Positions 38,982-48,855 of a stretch of DNA of 64,000 bases are shown piece after piece. How positions within the stretch are numbered: position 1 is the stretch's first letter; the number at the start of each line of letters is the position of its first letter. The translations under genes were made by a program, and so were the position numbers. The notes under the pieces were generated by a model. It was not told the origin of the DNA. It searched no databases and was given only the letters and a program-made list of their open reading frames with translations. Origin of the DNA: an uncultured Candidatus Binatia bacterium (GTDB taxonomy: Bacteria > Desulfobacterota > Binatia > UBA9968 > JAJDTQ01); assembly GCA_965213675.1 (NCBI GenBank), contig OZ243916.1:992001-1056000 (forward strand), written 5' to 3'.

Positions 38982-39980
38982 TCAGTGCCCGTGTCCCACT
39001 TCTCCGAAGGGCAGTTCGGTTCCCAAACCCTTCTCCCGCGCCAACCCGTGGATCCAGCTCGCCACACCGACGTCCAGGATGCCCATGCCCGGAGACTCGT
39101 AAAGGATGATCTCCTCGTCGCTCCGGCGCCCCGGCTCCGAGCCGGCCACCACATCGCAAAACTCCGCGGCCACGTCGTCCCTGGAGAACTTCCCGCTGGC
39201 CAGCAGCGACGGAAATGGCTTGCGCGGGGGGCTGTCGCCCAGCACCTGTTCCGTGCCGGAGAGGAACACCCGCGACCCTTCCACCGTGGCCTCGTCGAAC
39301 TCGCCGGGCGCCAGCGACATGACCAGGGCGCCGGGTTCGAGCCAGCTTCCCTCGAACACGATGGTGTTGCCCGAGGTGGCCAGTAACATGATGTCGGTGT
39401 GGCGCACGGCCTCTCGCCCCGAATCCACCGCCACCACCTCGATGCCCAGGGCCGCCGTCATCTCCTCACAAAAGCGGCGCCGGTTGTCGGCGCTCCGGCT
39501 ATAGGCCTTGATGCGGCGGATGTCGCGTACCGAACAACACGCCTGCACGAAGCCCTTGGCGTACCGACCCGTGCCAATGACCCCGATGGTCTGCGCATCC
39601 GCCCGCGCCAGATACTTTGCCGCCACGCCATAGGGAGACGCGGTGCGGATGGCGTGCAGGTGGTAGTCGGAGATGATCGCCACCATCTCCATGTCCTTCC
39701 AGTCGAACAGGCAGATGACCTCGGAGCGGTTCGTACCCTGGTATCCAGAGTAGACCCGCACGGCCGCGTAGCCCAGCTCCGGCGCCATCCCCGGCAGGAT
39801 GCGGATGTTGTGCCACAGGTGTCCCGGGTGGTCCGGGTGCTCCATGGTCAGCCGTTTGAGATGGAACGTGCTGCCCGCGGACTGCTGGCGCAGCACCTCC
39901 TCGATGACCGCCACCGCCTCGCCAAAGGCGTTGCGTCCCTCAATGGCCTTGAGTACGTCTTGTTCGGTGATGAACAGCAT
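38982..39980 (-). CDS. Ornithine cyclodeaminase/mu-crystallin family protein
   Basis: RTA, GTG Rossmann motif, ESPGMGILDV C-terminal motif. Confidence 0.85.
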   Translation of the reverse strand: MLFITEQDVLKAIEGRNAFGEAVAVIEEVLRQQSAGSTFHLKRLTMEHPDHPGHLWHNIRILPGMAPELGYAAVRVYSGYQGTNRSEVICLFDWKDMEMVAIISDYHLHAIRTASPYGVAAKYLARADAQTIGVIGTGRYAKGFVQACCSVRDIRRIKAYSRSADNRRRFCEEMTAALGIEVVAVDSGREAVRHTDIMLLATSGNTIVFEGSWLEPGALVMSLAPGEFDEATVEGSRVFLSGTEQVLGDSPPRKPFPSLLASGKFSRDDVAAEFCDVVAGSEPGRRSDEEIILYESPGMGILDVGVASWIHGLAREKGLGTELPFGEVGHGH

Positions 39981-40212
39981 GGTTGCGCGGTTTCCTTGCC
40001 TGCTACCTCTTCTTGCGCATCGCCTCGCGCACCAGTCGGGAATACTCTGCAACTACCAGAGGCAGTTGCCGGTGTACCGCAAGCTCACGCATTGGCTCAA
40101 GGATGGTCGGTTTTCGGCCAGGGAACGTCGCCCGCGGGGCTCGCGCACGGCCTCCCTGAGCTCGGCATCGCTTGAGTTCCGTCGCGTCAAGGGTTTGGAA
40201 CGTCACTGTCCG

Positions 40213-41580
40213 TCAAGCCATCAACCGGCCCATGAGTCGTCGCGCCCGCTCCACGGCGCCCGGTTCGATGGAAAGCGTCGAGGCGAACCCGCCCAAGGGC
40301 TTGGTGGCGTCGATGCCCATCTTGGCGGTGATGGCGTCGGTGGCGGAAGGGTCCAGCAAGGTGCCCATGGCTTCGTCGACGATGAACACGTCCCGGTTGG
40401 CCTGCATGCGGGTGGCGATGGCCCAGAGCACCTGCTGTTCGTCGAAGACATCCACGTCGTCGTCCACGACCACCACCAGTTTGACGTAGTGGTCGGCGCC
40501 CATCACGCTGAAAATGGCCTGTTTGCCCTGTCCTTCCGCGGTCTTGCGGAGGGACACGTAGCAATGGAAGCTGCCGATGCCCGAGCGCACCGGCACATGC
40601 ACGGCCTTGAGGTTGGGAATGGTCTTTCCCAGCACGTTGGTGAACTCCACCTCCCGCGGCATGGACAGGCAGCGGCAGTGCTCCATGCTGTCGCCACCAT
40701 TGATGTCCTGGTAGACCGCGCCGTTGCGGTAGTGCAGCGCCGTGGCCTCGAACACGTTCTCGGTGCTGCGGTTCGAGGCGTATCCGGTGAATTCGCCGAA
40801 CGGCCCCTCCTTCTCGCGCACGCCGGCCAGAATCCGCCCCTCGATGACGATCTCCGACCAGCGGGGCACGTTCACGTCCACGGTCTCGCAGGGGCCCAGT
40901 TCCAGCGGTTCCCTCAGCAGTCCGCCTTGCAGCGCAAATTTCTCCACGCCCGCCGGCGGCAGCGTCAACGCCCCCAGGGAGACCAGCGGATGCACGCCGA
41001 TGCACACCGCCGCTTCCAGTGACTCGCCCCTTTCCTCGGCGCGGCGGAAGTACTCGAACATGCGCCGCCGGGAATGAAGGCTGACGCCCAGCCGGCGCGG
41101 CCCCTTGAGCTGCATGCGGTGAAACCCGACGGTGCTCATGCCCGACTCGGGGTCCCGCGCCACCACCAGCCCGGCGGTAACGTAGGGGCCGCCGTCCTGT
41201 TCGAAATGGGTCAGGATGGGGAGTTGGCGCAGATCCACGGCGTCGTTCAGCACGCTGTTGTCCTGGTACGGCGCGTCCGTCAGGACCGTGGGCGCCACGG
41301 GGCGCTGGATGCGCTCCTTGAACTCATGCACCAGCCCTTCCTCGGAGGCGCCGAAGGCCCATGCCAGGCGCGGCCGGTGCGCCAGCACGTTGGCCGCCAT
41401 GGGGAAGGCACTGCCGGCGATATTGCGGAACATCACCGCCGGGCAGGACGGCAGGCGCTCCGCTTCCATGACCAGCGCGGTGGCTTCGAACTCCCGCGAT
41501 ACCGGCTCGCTGACATCCAGGAACTGCTCGGGACACTCGTCCCGCAACCGCTTCAGAAAACTCTGCAAGTCCTGTGACAC
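40213..41580 (-). CDS. UbiD-family prFMN-dependent (de)carboxylase
   Basis: HRMQ, EGPFGEFTGY, VVVDDDVD, VLWAIATR, KMGIDAT. Confidence 0.93.
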   Translation of the reverse strand: MSQDLQSFLKRLRDECPEQFLDVSEPVSREFEATALVMEAERLPSCPAVMFRNIAGSAFPMAANVLAHRPRLAWAFGASEEGLVHEFKERIQRPVAPTVLTDAPYQDNSVLNDAVDLRQLPILTHFEQDGGPYVTAGLVVARDPESGMSTVGFHRMQLKGPRRLGVSLHSRRRMFEYFRRAEERGESLEAAVCIGVHPLVSLGALTLPPAGVEKFALQGGLLREPLELGPCETVDVNVPRWSEIVIEGRILAGVREKEGPFGEFTGYASNRSTENVFEATALHYRNGAVYQDINGGDSMEHCRCLSMPREVEFTNVLGKTIPNLKAVHVPVRSGIGSFHCYVSLRKTAEGQGKQAIFSVMGADHYVKLVVVVDDDVDVFDEQQVLWAIATRMQANRDVFIVDEAMGTLLDPSATDAITAKMGIDATKPLGGFASTLSIEPGAVERARRLMGRLMA

Positions 41581-41675
41581 TGACCTCTCCTTGCCGTCAG
41601 TACGGCTTCGTCTTCTCCGCCAAAATAGTCACGTCAAGACTCACGTCCACACGAAACAGCACCGACACCGAAGAC

Positions 41676-41727
41676 CGTCATTCCCGCGAAAGCTTGCCCT
41701 CGACCCCGATCGGGGGCGGGAATCCAG
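41676..41727. repeat. REP-like palindrome CGTCATTCCCGC...GCGGGAATCCAG with a nested second hairpin
   Basis: ATTCCCGC/GCGGGAAT stem interrupted by TTGCCCTCGACCCCGATCGGGG; degenerate inverted relative near 45229-45253. Confidence 0.55.
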
Positions 41728-41771
41728 GGGGCGGGAAGAGGCGAATTCTCGTCCCACACGTCCAGCGGGAG

Positions 41772-43007
41772 TCATGAACCGTGTATCCGTTTGTTCACGG
41801 CATCGATGGAACAGTCGAGGGGCTCCGGTGGATCCACCGCCCGCAGCGCGGCATCCACGTCCTTGAGGCCGTGGCCGGTGGAAAGCACGACGATGCGTTC
41901 CGTGGGGGAGACGTCACCGCGGTCCACGAGCTTCACCAGCGCGGCCACCGCGGCCGCGGCCGCGGGTTCCGCAAACAGTCCGGCCGTCCTTCCCAGAAGC
42001 GGCATGGCTTCGAGAATCTCGCCGTCGGAGACGCTCACCGCGGCGCCGCCGGAGGCGCGCAGGTCCTGGAGCGCCATGACTCCGTTCCGCGGCAGCGCCA
42101 CGCTGATGCTGTCGGCGAGGGTGTTCTCCGTCACCGGCCGGATGGCGCCGTCGCCGTCGAAGGCACGCTTGATCGACTGCGAGCCTTCGGCCTGTGCGGC
42201 AACCAGGCGCGGCAGCCGGGAAATCCATCCCAGCCGATGAAGGTCCGTGAACCCCTTCCAGACACCGCTGAGGATGCAGCCGTCGCCCACGGCGACGAGG
42301 ACCGTATCGGGCGGCTCCCATTGGAGTTGCTCGGCGATCTCCAGCGCCGCGGTCTTCTTTCCCTCCACCGTGTAGGGGTTGTAGCCGGTGTTCCGGTTGT
42401 ACCATCCAAAGCGCTCGCAGGCTTCGACGCACAGGCTGAAAGCCTCGGAATAGCTGCCGCGGACGGCGAGTACGTCCGCGCCGAAGATCAGGAGCTGCGC
42501 CACCTTGGCCCGTGGCGCGGTCTCGGGAACGAGGATGTGGCAGCGCTGTCCCAGCGACGCCGACAGGCACGCCAGCGACGCCCCCGCGTTGCCGGTGGAC
42601 GCGGTGGCGCACTCGCGCCGGCCCAGCTCCGCACCCTTGAGCAGCACCAGTGAGCTTGCGCGGTCCTTGAGGGAGGCCGAAGGATTGGCAGTGTCGTCCT
42701 TGACCCACAGCCGCTCCAGGCCCAGGGCTTTCCTGAGACCCGGCGCCGGATAGAGCGGCGTTCCGCCCACCGCCAGCGGAAAATCGACCCGGCCGGCCGC
42801 CAGGGGAAGCATCGGCAGATAGCGCCAGTGGTCGCGAAAGGGAATTCCCGCAAGGCTGTCGCGGCTCGCCGCCGCGCGCATTCGATCGTAATCGTAGGAG
42901 ACCCGCAGCGTCCCCAGTTCGCCACACGTCGGGCAACTGTATCGGTTGGGATCCTCCGGGTACGCGGCGCCGCACAGAACGCAGGTCAGGCATTCGGGAA
43001 GGGGCAT
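41772..43007 (-). CDS. thrC: Threonine synthase-like PLP enzyme with N-terminal Zn ribbon
   Basis: CxxC...CxxC, NPSASLKDR (PLP Lys), ASTGNA, EGKKT, TGHGLK. Confidence 0.78.
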   Translation of the reverse strand: MPLPECLTCVLCGAAYPEDPNRYSCPTCGELGTLRVSYDYDRMRAAASRDSLAGIPFRDHWRYLPMLPLAAGRVDFPLAVGGTPLYPAPGLRKALGLERLWVKDDTANPSASLKDRASSLVLLKGAELGRRECATASTGNAGASLACLSASLGQRCHILVPETAPRAKVAQLLIFGADVLAVRGSYSEAFSLCVEACERFGWYNRNTGYNPYTVEGKKTAALEIAEQLQWEPPDTVLVAVGDGCILSGVWKGFTDLHRLGWISRLPRLVAAQAEGSQSIKRAFDGDGAIRPVTENTLADSISVALPRNGVMALQDLRASGGAAVSVSDGEILEAMPLLGRTAGLFAEPAAAAAVAALVKLVDRGDVSPTERIVVLSTGHGLKDVDAALRAVDPPEPLDCSIDAVNKRIHGS

Positions 43008-43108
43008 CGTCAGTGTCCAGTCCGAACGGAGTCCTTCCACGTAGCCTCGCAGCGCCAGTCCCGGACGCTGTCCAACGCCACGGGTGGAACCCACGTGGAT
43101 GCGGTGTT

Positions 43109-43164
43109 CCGTTCGTGCCGAGTCCGTCGACGAGGCTCGGGGCAGGCGCTGCGAAGTCGAATGC
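43109..43164. repeat. Degenerate REP-like element
   Basis: CCGTTCGTGCCGAGTCCGTCGACGAGGCTCGG...GCGAAGTCGAA; resembles 15799-15840. Confidence 0.35.
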
Positions 43165-43176
43165 CGTGGTTCACGA

Positions 43177-44211
43177 CTACCGCACGATGTGCAGGTTCCG
43201 CCGCGCCAGGTTGGCCCGGTCCTCCTCGCGGATGGGGTGGTCGCGATCCGGGATCTCGGCGGTCGGCTCGTTGCCGAAGAGCGGGGTGGAGAAGTAGCGC
43301 ATGCCGGTGTCGTTGATCATGGTGACGATCATCCTCGTGGACGGCAGCGCCGCCGCGAGCTTGTTGGCCGCGGCCACGTTGCATCCGGACGAGATGCCGC
43401 ACAACACCCCCTCTTCCCGCGCCAGGCGCCGCGCCATGGCGATGGAGTCCTCGGACGAGACCGTCACCACGCCGTCCACATAGTCGAGGTCCAGGTTCTC
43501 CGGGATGAAACCGTCGCCGATGCCCTCGATGGCATGGGGGCCCCAGGCGCCGCCGGACAGGATCGGACATTCCTCGGGCTCCACGGCGTAGATCCTGGCG
43601 TCCGGATTCTGCTCCTTCAGGTACTTGCCGACCCCGGACACGGTACCGCCGCTGCCCTGGGAGGCCACGAACACGTCCACCTGGCCGTCGGTCTGGCACC
43701 AGATCTCGGGACCGGTGGTTTCGTAATGGGCCGCGATGTTGTCCCGGTTGGAGAACTGGCCGGGTTCCCAGTAACGGTCCGGTTCGGCGCGCTTGAGCTC
43801 CTCCACCTTTTCCAGGCACAGGTCCACGTCGCTCTCCGCCCCGGGGGTCAGCACCAGCTCGGCGCCGTAGGCGCGCATGGAGGCCTTGCGCTCCTCGCTC
43901 ATGCCCTCGGGCATCACCACTACCACCGGGTAACCGCACACCGCGCCGATCATGGAGGTGGCGATGCCGGTGCTGCCGGTGGAGGCTTCCAGAATGGTCA
44001 TGCCGGGCCGGAGCTCGCCACGCGCCTCCGCGCTTCGCACCATGCGTCGCAGGATGCGGTCCTTGAGACTCGACGACGGGTTCATGAATTCCAGCTTGCC
44101 ACACAGCGTCTGCGGCCCTGCCGCCACCTTGCGCAACCGCAGGAGCGGCGTGAGACCCGCGGCCTCCGTGATGTCCTCCGCGATCCGTCCGCGGGATGTC
44201 CAATCCGTCAT
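43177..44211 (-). CDS. PLP-dependent cysteine synthase family protein (divergent motifs)
   Basis: KLEFMNPSSSLKDR, HAIEGIG, REEG..GISSG. Confidence 0.85.
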   Translation of the reverse strand: MTDWTSRGRIAEDITEAAGLTPLLRLRKVAAGPQTLCGKLEFMNPSSSLKDRILRRMVRSAEARGELRPGMTILEASTGSTGIATSMIGAVCGYPVVVVMPEGMSEERKASMRAYGAELVLTPGAESDVDLCLEKVEELKRAEPDRYWEPGQFSNRDNIAAHYETTGPEIWCQTDGQVDVFVASQGSGGTVSGVGKYLKEQNPDARIYAVEPEECPILSGGAWGPHAIEGIGDGFIPENLDLDYVDGVVTVSSEDSIAMARRLAREEGVLCGISSGCNVAAANKLAAALPSTRMIVTMINDTGMRYFSTPLFGNEPTAEIPDRDHPIREEDRANLARRNLHIVR

Positions 44212-44249
44212 GGTGGTCCTTTTCAAGACAATCTCAAACGACCCGTGTC

Positions 44250-45122
44250 TCAGATCCCCAGCATCGCCCGCGGGTTGTCCACGATGAGCTTCTCCACGTT
44301 GCGCGGCGACACGCCCTTCTCGTACAACCCCTGAGCGTAGAGCCACAGCGCCTCAGGCGGAAGCGGGTTGTGGGACTGGCCCGTGTCGCTCATGACCACG
44401 CAGTTGTCAAAGCCCATGGCGTCCATGACGTCCTTGGTGAATTCCAGGTTCACGTACGCCCACATGGGCGAGATGGTGCAGTAGCCGAACTCGCCCAAGG
44501 CGCCGTAGCGCATCATCTGCTTCAGGAACTCCAGGTTCATGCCCGCGGGCACACGGAAGTAGGGATGGGTGATGAGGATCTTCTTGACCCCGCGCTCGTG
44601 GGCCGCCTTCACCAGGAGCTCGATTTCGCCAAGGGAGAGGTGCGCCGTGCCCAGAATGGCGTCGTACTTGGCGATGAGTTCCAGCACCACCAGGGCCTCG
44701 TCCACCACCTTGCCGTCCTTGACCGCGGAGATGGGCTCGCCCCACACGAAGTCGGAGCCGCTGGTCTGGGTGTCGTAGCTGCCGCGGGCGCCGTGGACGT
44801 CCACATGGTGCGCCGCGTCGATGGTGGGCATCCAGATTTCCTTGGCGCCTAGCCGCAGCCCCACTTCGGCCGCGGCCGGATTGATGCCGCCGACAAACTG
44901 GTTCATGACCACGCCGCCGAACACCTTGATGTCCGGGAACTCCTTCTGGATGAGATAGGCGCGGCTCACCGTGCTCTCGTGGTGGCACTTCAGCACGATG
45001 GCCGACATGCCCGCGTCCGCGGCGGCCTTGACCGCTTCCCGGTCATCCACCCGGCGCTGGAATACGCACGGATAGGAGTGCACATGCAGATCCACCGCGC
45101 CCTCGAGCTTCATGAATTCCAT
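44250..45122 (-). CDS. Amidohydrolase-like metal-binding TIM-barrel protein (DUF6282-like)
   Basis: DLHVH, LKCHH, WMPT, TAH, THP, SDTGQ metal-ligand pattern. Confidence 0.7.
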   Translation of the reverse strand: MEFMKLEGAVDLHVHSYPCVFQRRVDDREAVKAAADAGMSAIVLKCHHESTVSRAYLIQKEFPDIKVFGGVVMNQFVGGINPAAAEVGLRLGAKEIWMPTIDAAHHVDVHGARGSYDTQTSGSDFVWGEPISAVKDGKVVDEALVVLELIAKYDAILGTAHLSLGEIELLVKAAHERGVKKILITHPYFRVPAGMNLEFLKQMMRYGALGEFGYCTISPMWAYVNLEFTKDVMDAMGFDNCVVMSDTGQSHNPLPPEALWLYAQGLYEKGVSPRNVEKLIVDNPRAMLGI

Positions 45123-45284
45123 GGGGTTCCTCCCTCCGCTATGCCCGGCCACCGTCATGAGTGTGAAAAACACCAACTCGGTCATTCATGGCGTCAAGAA
45201 CCTGTATCCCCCAGAAACCTGCGCCGCAGGGATTCGCGAAAGCGGGAACGACGATTCGCGACGTCGGTGTCATTTCCTCTTCCG

Positions 45285-45974
45285 TCATCCCATTCCCAGC
45301 AATTCCAGGCCCAGTTCCCGGGCCACGGCGCCGAGGGCGGCCTGATTGCTGGTGACAATGGGCAGATCATACGCCGCCTGGAGTTGCGGCAACGTGGCCA
45401 CCGCCTGGAAGTTGGTGCACGAGATGAACAACGCGTCGACGTCCGGCGCCGCCCCCAGCCTTTCCTGGGCGAAGGCCAGGATCTCCGGCGGCTCCACCAG
45501 CGCCAGGTTGAAGTTGACGCTGATTCCCATGCCATGGATGGACGCTACTTCAATGCCGTCGTCCTCCACGCTGGCCTTGATGCGCGCGTTGAGATCTTCG
45601 ATGTACGGGGTGAGCACGGCCACGCGCCGCACCTTCAGATCCATGAGCTTGCGCCGCACCGACTCGATGACGCTTACCGTGGGCTTGCCGGTGACATCCG
45701 AGATGCGCCGGCACAGTTCCGCGTCGTAGGCGTTGCCCCGAAGCGCCCCGGCGCTGGTGCAGCCAAACACCACCACGTGCGGCTTCGCGGTGGCCACGTC
45801 GCCGGCGGCGGGCAGGCAGTGCTCGTCGAGCATCGCTTCCTCGCCCTTCACCGTGGTCGCCTCCATGTACATCCGTCCCGGATGGACCGTGGCCGGCGCC
45901 GGCAGATGGCGGTAGAAGTCCACCTCCATGACGGTGTTGGACGAGGGAATGAGCAGGCCGACTCGATGTGTCAT
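45285..45974 (-). CDS. Asp/Glu racemase family protein, maleate cis-trans isomerase/arylmalonate decarboxylase-like
   Basis: PSSNTVME, GCTS, TPY, SCTN (two catalytic Cys), TSNQA. Confidence 0.88.
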   Translation of the reverse strand: MTHRVGLLIPSSNTVMEVDFYRHLPAPATVHPGRMYMEATTVKGEEAMLDEHCLPAAGDVATAKPHVVVFGCTSAGALRGNAYDAELCRRISDVTGKPTVSVIESVRRKLMDLKVRRVAVLTPYIEDLNARIKASVEDDGIEVASIHGMGISVNFNLALVEPPEILAFAQERLGAAPDVDALFISCTNFQAVATLPQLQAAYDLPIVTSNQAALGAVARELGLELLGMG

Positions 45975-45998
45975 TGCGTTGCCTTCCGCGCCCCCGCC

Positions 45999-47012
45999 TC
46001 AGTCGTCGCTGAACTCGCCCCGGGTACGGGCCTCCTGGATGGCGAAGAACACCCGTTCAGGGGTGATGGGGGTTTCGGTAATGCGAATGCCGATGGCGTC
46101 GTAAATGGCGTTCAGGATCGCCGGCGTGGTGGGGATGGTGGCGGGCTCGGCCACGCCCTTGGCGCCGAACGGGCCACGGGGGTCGGGCACCTCCACGATC
46201 TCGCACTCGATGTCGGGAACGTCCATGGCGGTGGGCACCAGGTAGAACGCCAGCGAATGGGTGCGCGGGATGCCGCCTTCCAGGATATGCTGTTCGTAGA
46301 GGCCGTAGCCCAGCCCCATGGCGGCGCCGCCCTCGATCTGTCCTTCCACCGCCACCGGATTGATGGCCTTGCCGGCGTCCGTGGCCGACACCAGTTTGGT
46401 GAGGCGCACGCGACCGGTGTCGGTATCCACTTCCACTTCCGCCAGTTGCGTGGCCCAGCCGTAGGTGGCGTAGGCGTCCCCCTGGGAAGTCTCCGGGTCC
46501 ACGTCCGCGGTGGTGTTGTCGTGCCAGCCCCAGGCGGCGGCGCGCCGTCCGTGAAAGTGAAGCTGATGCGCCACCTTGCCCACGGACACCAGCTCGCGCC
46601 CCGACTCCATCTCGCACACCTGTCCGCGCCGCACCGCGAGGTTTTCCTTCGGGCACTCCAGCATGCGCGAGGCCATGTCCAGAATCTGTGCCCGCAACTC
46701 CGCGGCGGCGTTCTGCACCGCCACCCCCTGGACAAAGGTGGCGCGGCTGCCCGAGGTGGGACCGGCGTCCGGGGTGCTGCCGGTGTCCGCCGCCACCACG
46801 CGAATCTGGTCGGGCTCGATGCCCAGTTCTTCGGCGGCGACCTGGGTGACCACGGTCATGACGCCCTGCCCCATGTCGCAGGCGCCCGAGTAGATCGTGG
46901 TGGTGCCGTCCTCGGCCATCTCGATCTCGGCCGAGCCGATGTCGGCCCGGCTGAAGCCGTAGCCGATGCCGTAGTACATGGAGCCGATCCCCAACCCTTT
47001 TCGTATCGCCAT
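45999..47012 (-). CDS. Mo-hydroxylase medium molybdopterin subunit (NdhM-like)
   Basis: GLGIGSMYYGIG start, DMGQG, TSGSR, GQIEGG, AKGVAEP; corresponds to the C-terminal half of a CoxL fold. Confidence 0.88.
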   Translation of the reverse strand: MAIRKGLGIGSMYYGIGYGFSRADIGSAEIEMAEDGTTTIYSGACDMGQGVMTVVTQVAAEELGIEPDQIRVVAADTGSTPDAGPTSGSRATFVQGVAVQNAAAELRAQILDMASRMLECPKENLAVRRGQVCEMESGRELVSVGKVAHQLHFHGRRAAAWGWHDNTTADVDPETSQGDAYATYGWATQLAEVEVDTDTGRVRLTKLVSATDAGKAINPVAVEGQIEGGAAMGLGYGLYEQHILEGGIPRTHSLAFYLVPTAMDVPDIECEIVEVPDPRGPFGAKGVAEPATIPTTPAILNAIYDAIGIRITETPITPERVFFAIQEARTRGEFSDD

Positions 47013-47029
47013 GGCCGTCCACTCCGCCG

Positions 47030-48361
47030 TCAAGACTGTGCCGTCGCGCCCCCGCGGTTGAAGCGCATGTCGTGCGCGCTCATGTAGTCCTTGATGCGTT
47101 GCAGCGTCGCCTCGATGCCGCAGCCCTCGTTCATCAACTGTCCCGTGGAAGAGGCCAGCCCCGGCTTGAGGCAGTTCTTCAGGCGAAACTCCAGCGGCGA
47201 CAGGCCCAGCTTGTGCGCCAACTGATCCATCTGGGATTCGTGGGCCACCGCCGCCTGCATTACGCCGAAGCCGCGCATGGCCCCGGAGATGAGATTGTTG
47301 GTGTAGAGCGTATAGGTGTCCACCCGGATGTGAGGCACGTCGTAGGGGCCGGTGGCGTGGATGCCGGCCTTCTTGACGACGTACGCGCCCAGGGAAACTC
47401 CCGAACCGGTGTCGCCGTAGATGTCGCCGTCCAGGAAGGTGAGCCGCCCGTCGGCGCTGGCGCCGGTGCGGAAGCGCATGGCCATGGGGTGGCGCTTGGT
47501 GTTGGCGATCAGCGATTCCTCACGGGTGTAGACCAGGCGCACCGGGCGGCGCGTCTTGAGCGCCAGCAGCCCCACGTGGATCTCGGCGGTAATGTCATCC
47601 TTGCGTCCGAAGCCGCCGCCGATGGGCGCCTGAATCACCCGCACCTTGTTCATGGGGAGGTCCAGGGCCGGCGCGATCTGCCGGCGGTCACGGTAGGGAT
47701 ACTGGGTGCCCACCAGGATATGGAGCACCCCGGACGGATCGACATAGGCCAGTCCCGCTTCGGGCTCCATGGGGACGTGGTCCATGCGGTGGGTGTGGTA
47801 GGAGTTCTCCACGATCACGGCTGACTCCTGAACCCCCTTGTCCAGGTCGCCCTTGCGCACCGTGGTGTGCTGGAAGACGTTGCCGCCCTCGTGAATCTGC
47901 GGCGCGTCCGGGTCCAGCGCGTCGGCGTAGGTGAGGATCGGCCGCAGGTGCTCGACGTGCACCTTGATCTTCGAGACCGCCTCTTCCGCCGCCTCCTCGT
48001 CGTCCGCCGCCACCAGCGCCACGGCGTCGCCCACGGAGCGCACCTTGTCTTCCGCCAAGGCGCACTGATCGGGCACCGCCAGGCCGAAGCGGTTGGTGCC
48101 GGGCACGTCCGCGGCGGTGAGCACGGCGTGGACACCGGGCACCCGCTCGGCCTCGCTGGTATCGATGCGCTTGATCACCCCGTGGGGCGTGTCCGCCCAC
48201 AGGATCTTGCCGTGGAGCATACCCGGCACCACCATGTCGCCCACGTACTCGGTGGCGCCCAGGGTCTTCTCGAGGGCGTCCGGCTTGGTGACGTTCCTGC
48301 CGATCCAGTGATACGGACCCTGGCTCTGTCCGGCGGACGCGGTGGAGGGATCTTCGCTCAT
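47030..48361 (-). CDS. Mo-hydroxylase large molybdopterin subunit (NdhL-like)
   Basis: PGTNRFG, GGGFGRK, KRHPM, GAMRGFG; N-terminal half of a CoxL fold. Confidence 0.88.
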   Translation of the reverse strand: MSEDPSTASAGQSQGPYHWIGRNVTKPDALEKTLGATEYVGDMVVPGMLHGKILWADTPHGVIKRIDTSEAERVPGVHAVLTAADVPGTNRFGLAVPDQCALAEDKVRSVGDAVALVAADDEEAAEEAVSKIKVHVEHLRPILTYADALDPDAPQIHEGGNVFQHTTVRKGDLDKGVQESAVIVENSYHTHRMDHVPMEPEAGLAYVDPSGVLHILVGTQYPYRDRRQIAPALDLPMNKVRVIQAPIGGGFGRKDDITAEIHVGLLALKTRRPVRLVYTREESLIANTKRHPMAMRFRTGASADGRLTFLDGDIYGDTGSGVSLGAYVVKKAGIHATGPYDVPHIRVDTYTLYTNNLISGAMRGFGVMQAAVAHESQMDQLAHKLGLSPLEFRLKNCLKPGLASSTGQLMNEGCGIEATLQRIKDYMSAHDMRFNRGGATAQS

Positions 48362-48855
48362 GACGCCACGCCTCCGTTCCCTGCCTGTTCCTTCATGGCC
48401 ACGGCCGCCGCCCGCACCGCCTTGACGATCTTGCCGTAACCCGTGCAGCGGCAGATATTGCCGGCGATGGCGAACCGGATCTCCTCATCGGTGGGGTCGG
48501 CGTTGTCCTGCAGCAGCGCATAGGCGCTCATGATCATGCCCGGCGTGCAATAGCCGCACTGGACGCCGCCCTGCTCCACCATCTGGCGCTGGATGGGGTG
48601 TGGAACGCCTTCCTCGGCCAGCGCTTCGATGGTGACGATGTCCCGGTCCGCCGCGTCCGCCAGCAACACCAGGCAGGCAACCACCGGGCGCCCGTCCAGC
48701 AACACCGTGCACGAACCGCACTCGGCCTCGTTGCAGCCCTTCTTGCTGCCGGTGAGCCGGAGGGTCTCCCGCAGCACGTCCAGCAGAGACTCGCAGGCCT
48801 CGGCTTCCGCCTCCATGTCCCGGCCGTTCACCCGGAGCACATATCGCTGTTTCAT
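48358..48855 (-). CDS. (2Fe-2S)-binding subunit (NdhS/CoxS-like)
   Basis: GCNEAECGSC, QCGYCTPG, NICRCTGY. Confidence 0.93.
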   Translation of the reverse strand: MKQRYVLRVNGRDMEAEAEACESLLDVLRETLRLTGSKKGCNEAECGSCTVLLDGRPVVACLVLLADAADRDIVTIEALAEEGVPHPIQRQMVEQGGVQCGYCTPGMIMSAYALLQDNADPTDEEIRFAIAGNICRCTGYGKIVKAVRAAAVAMKEQAGNGGVAS

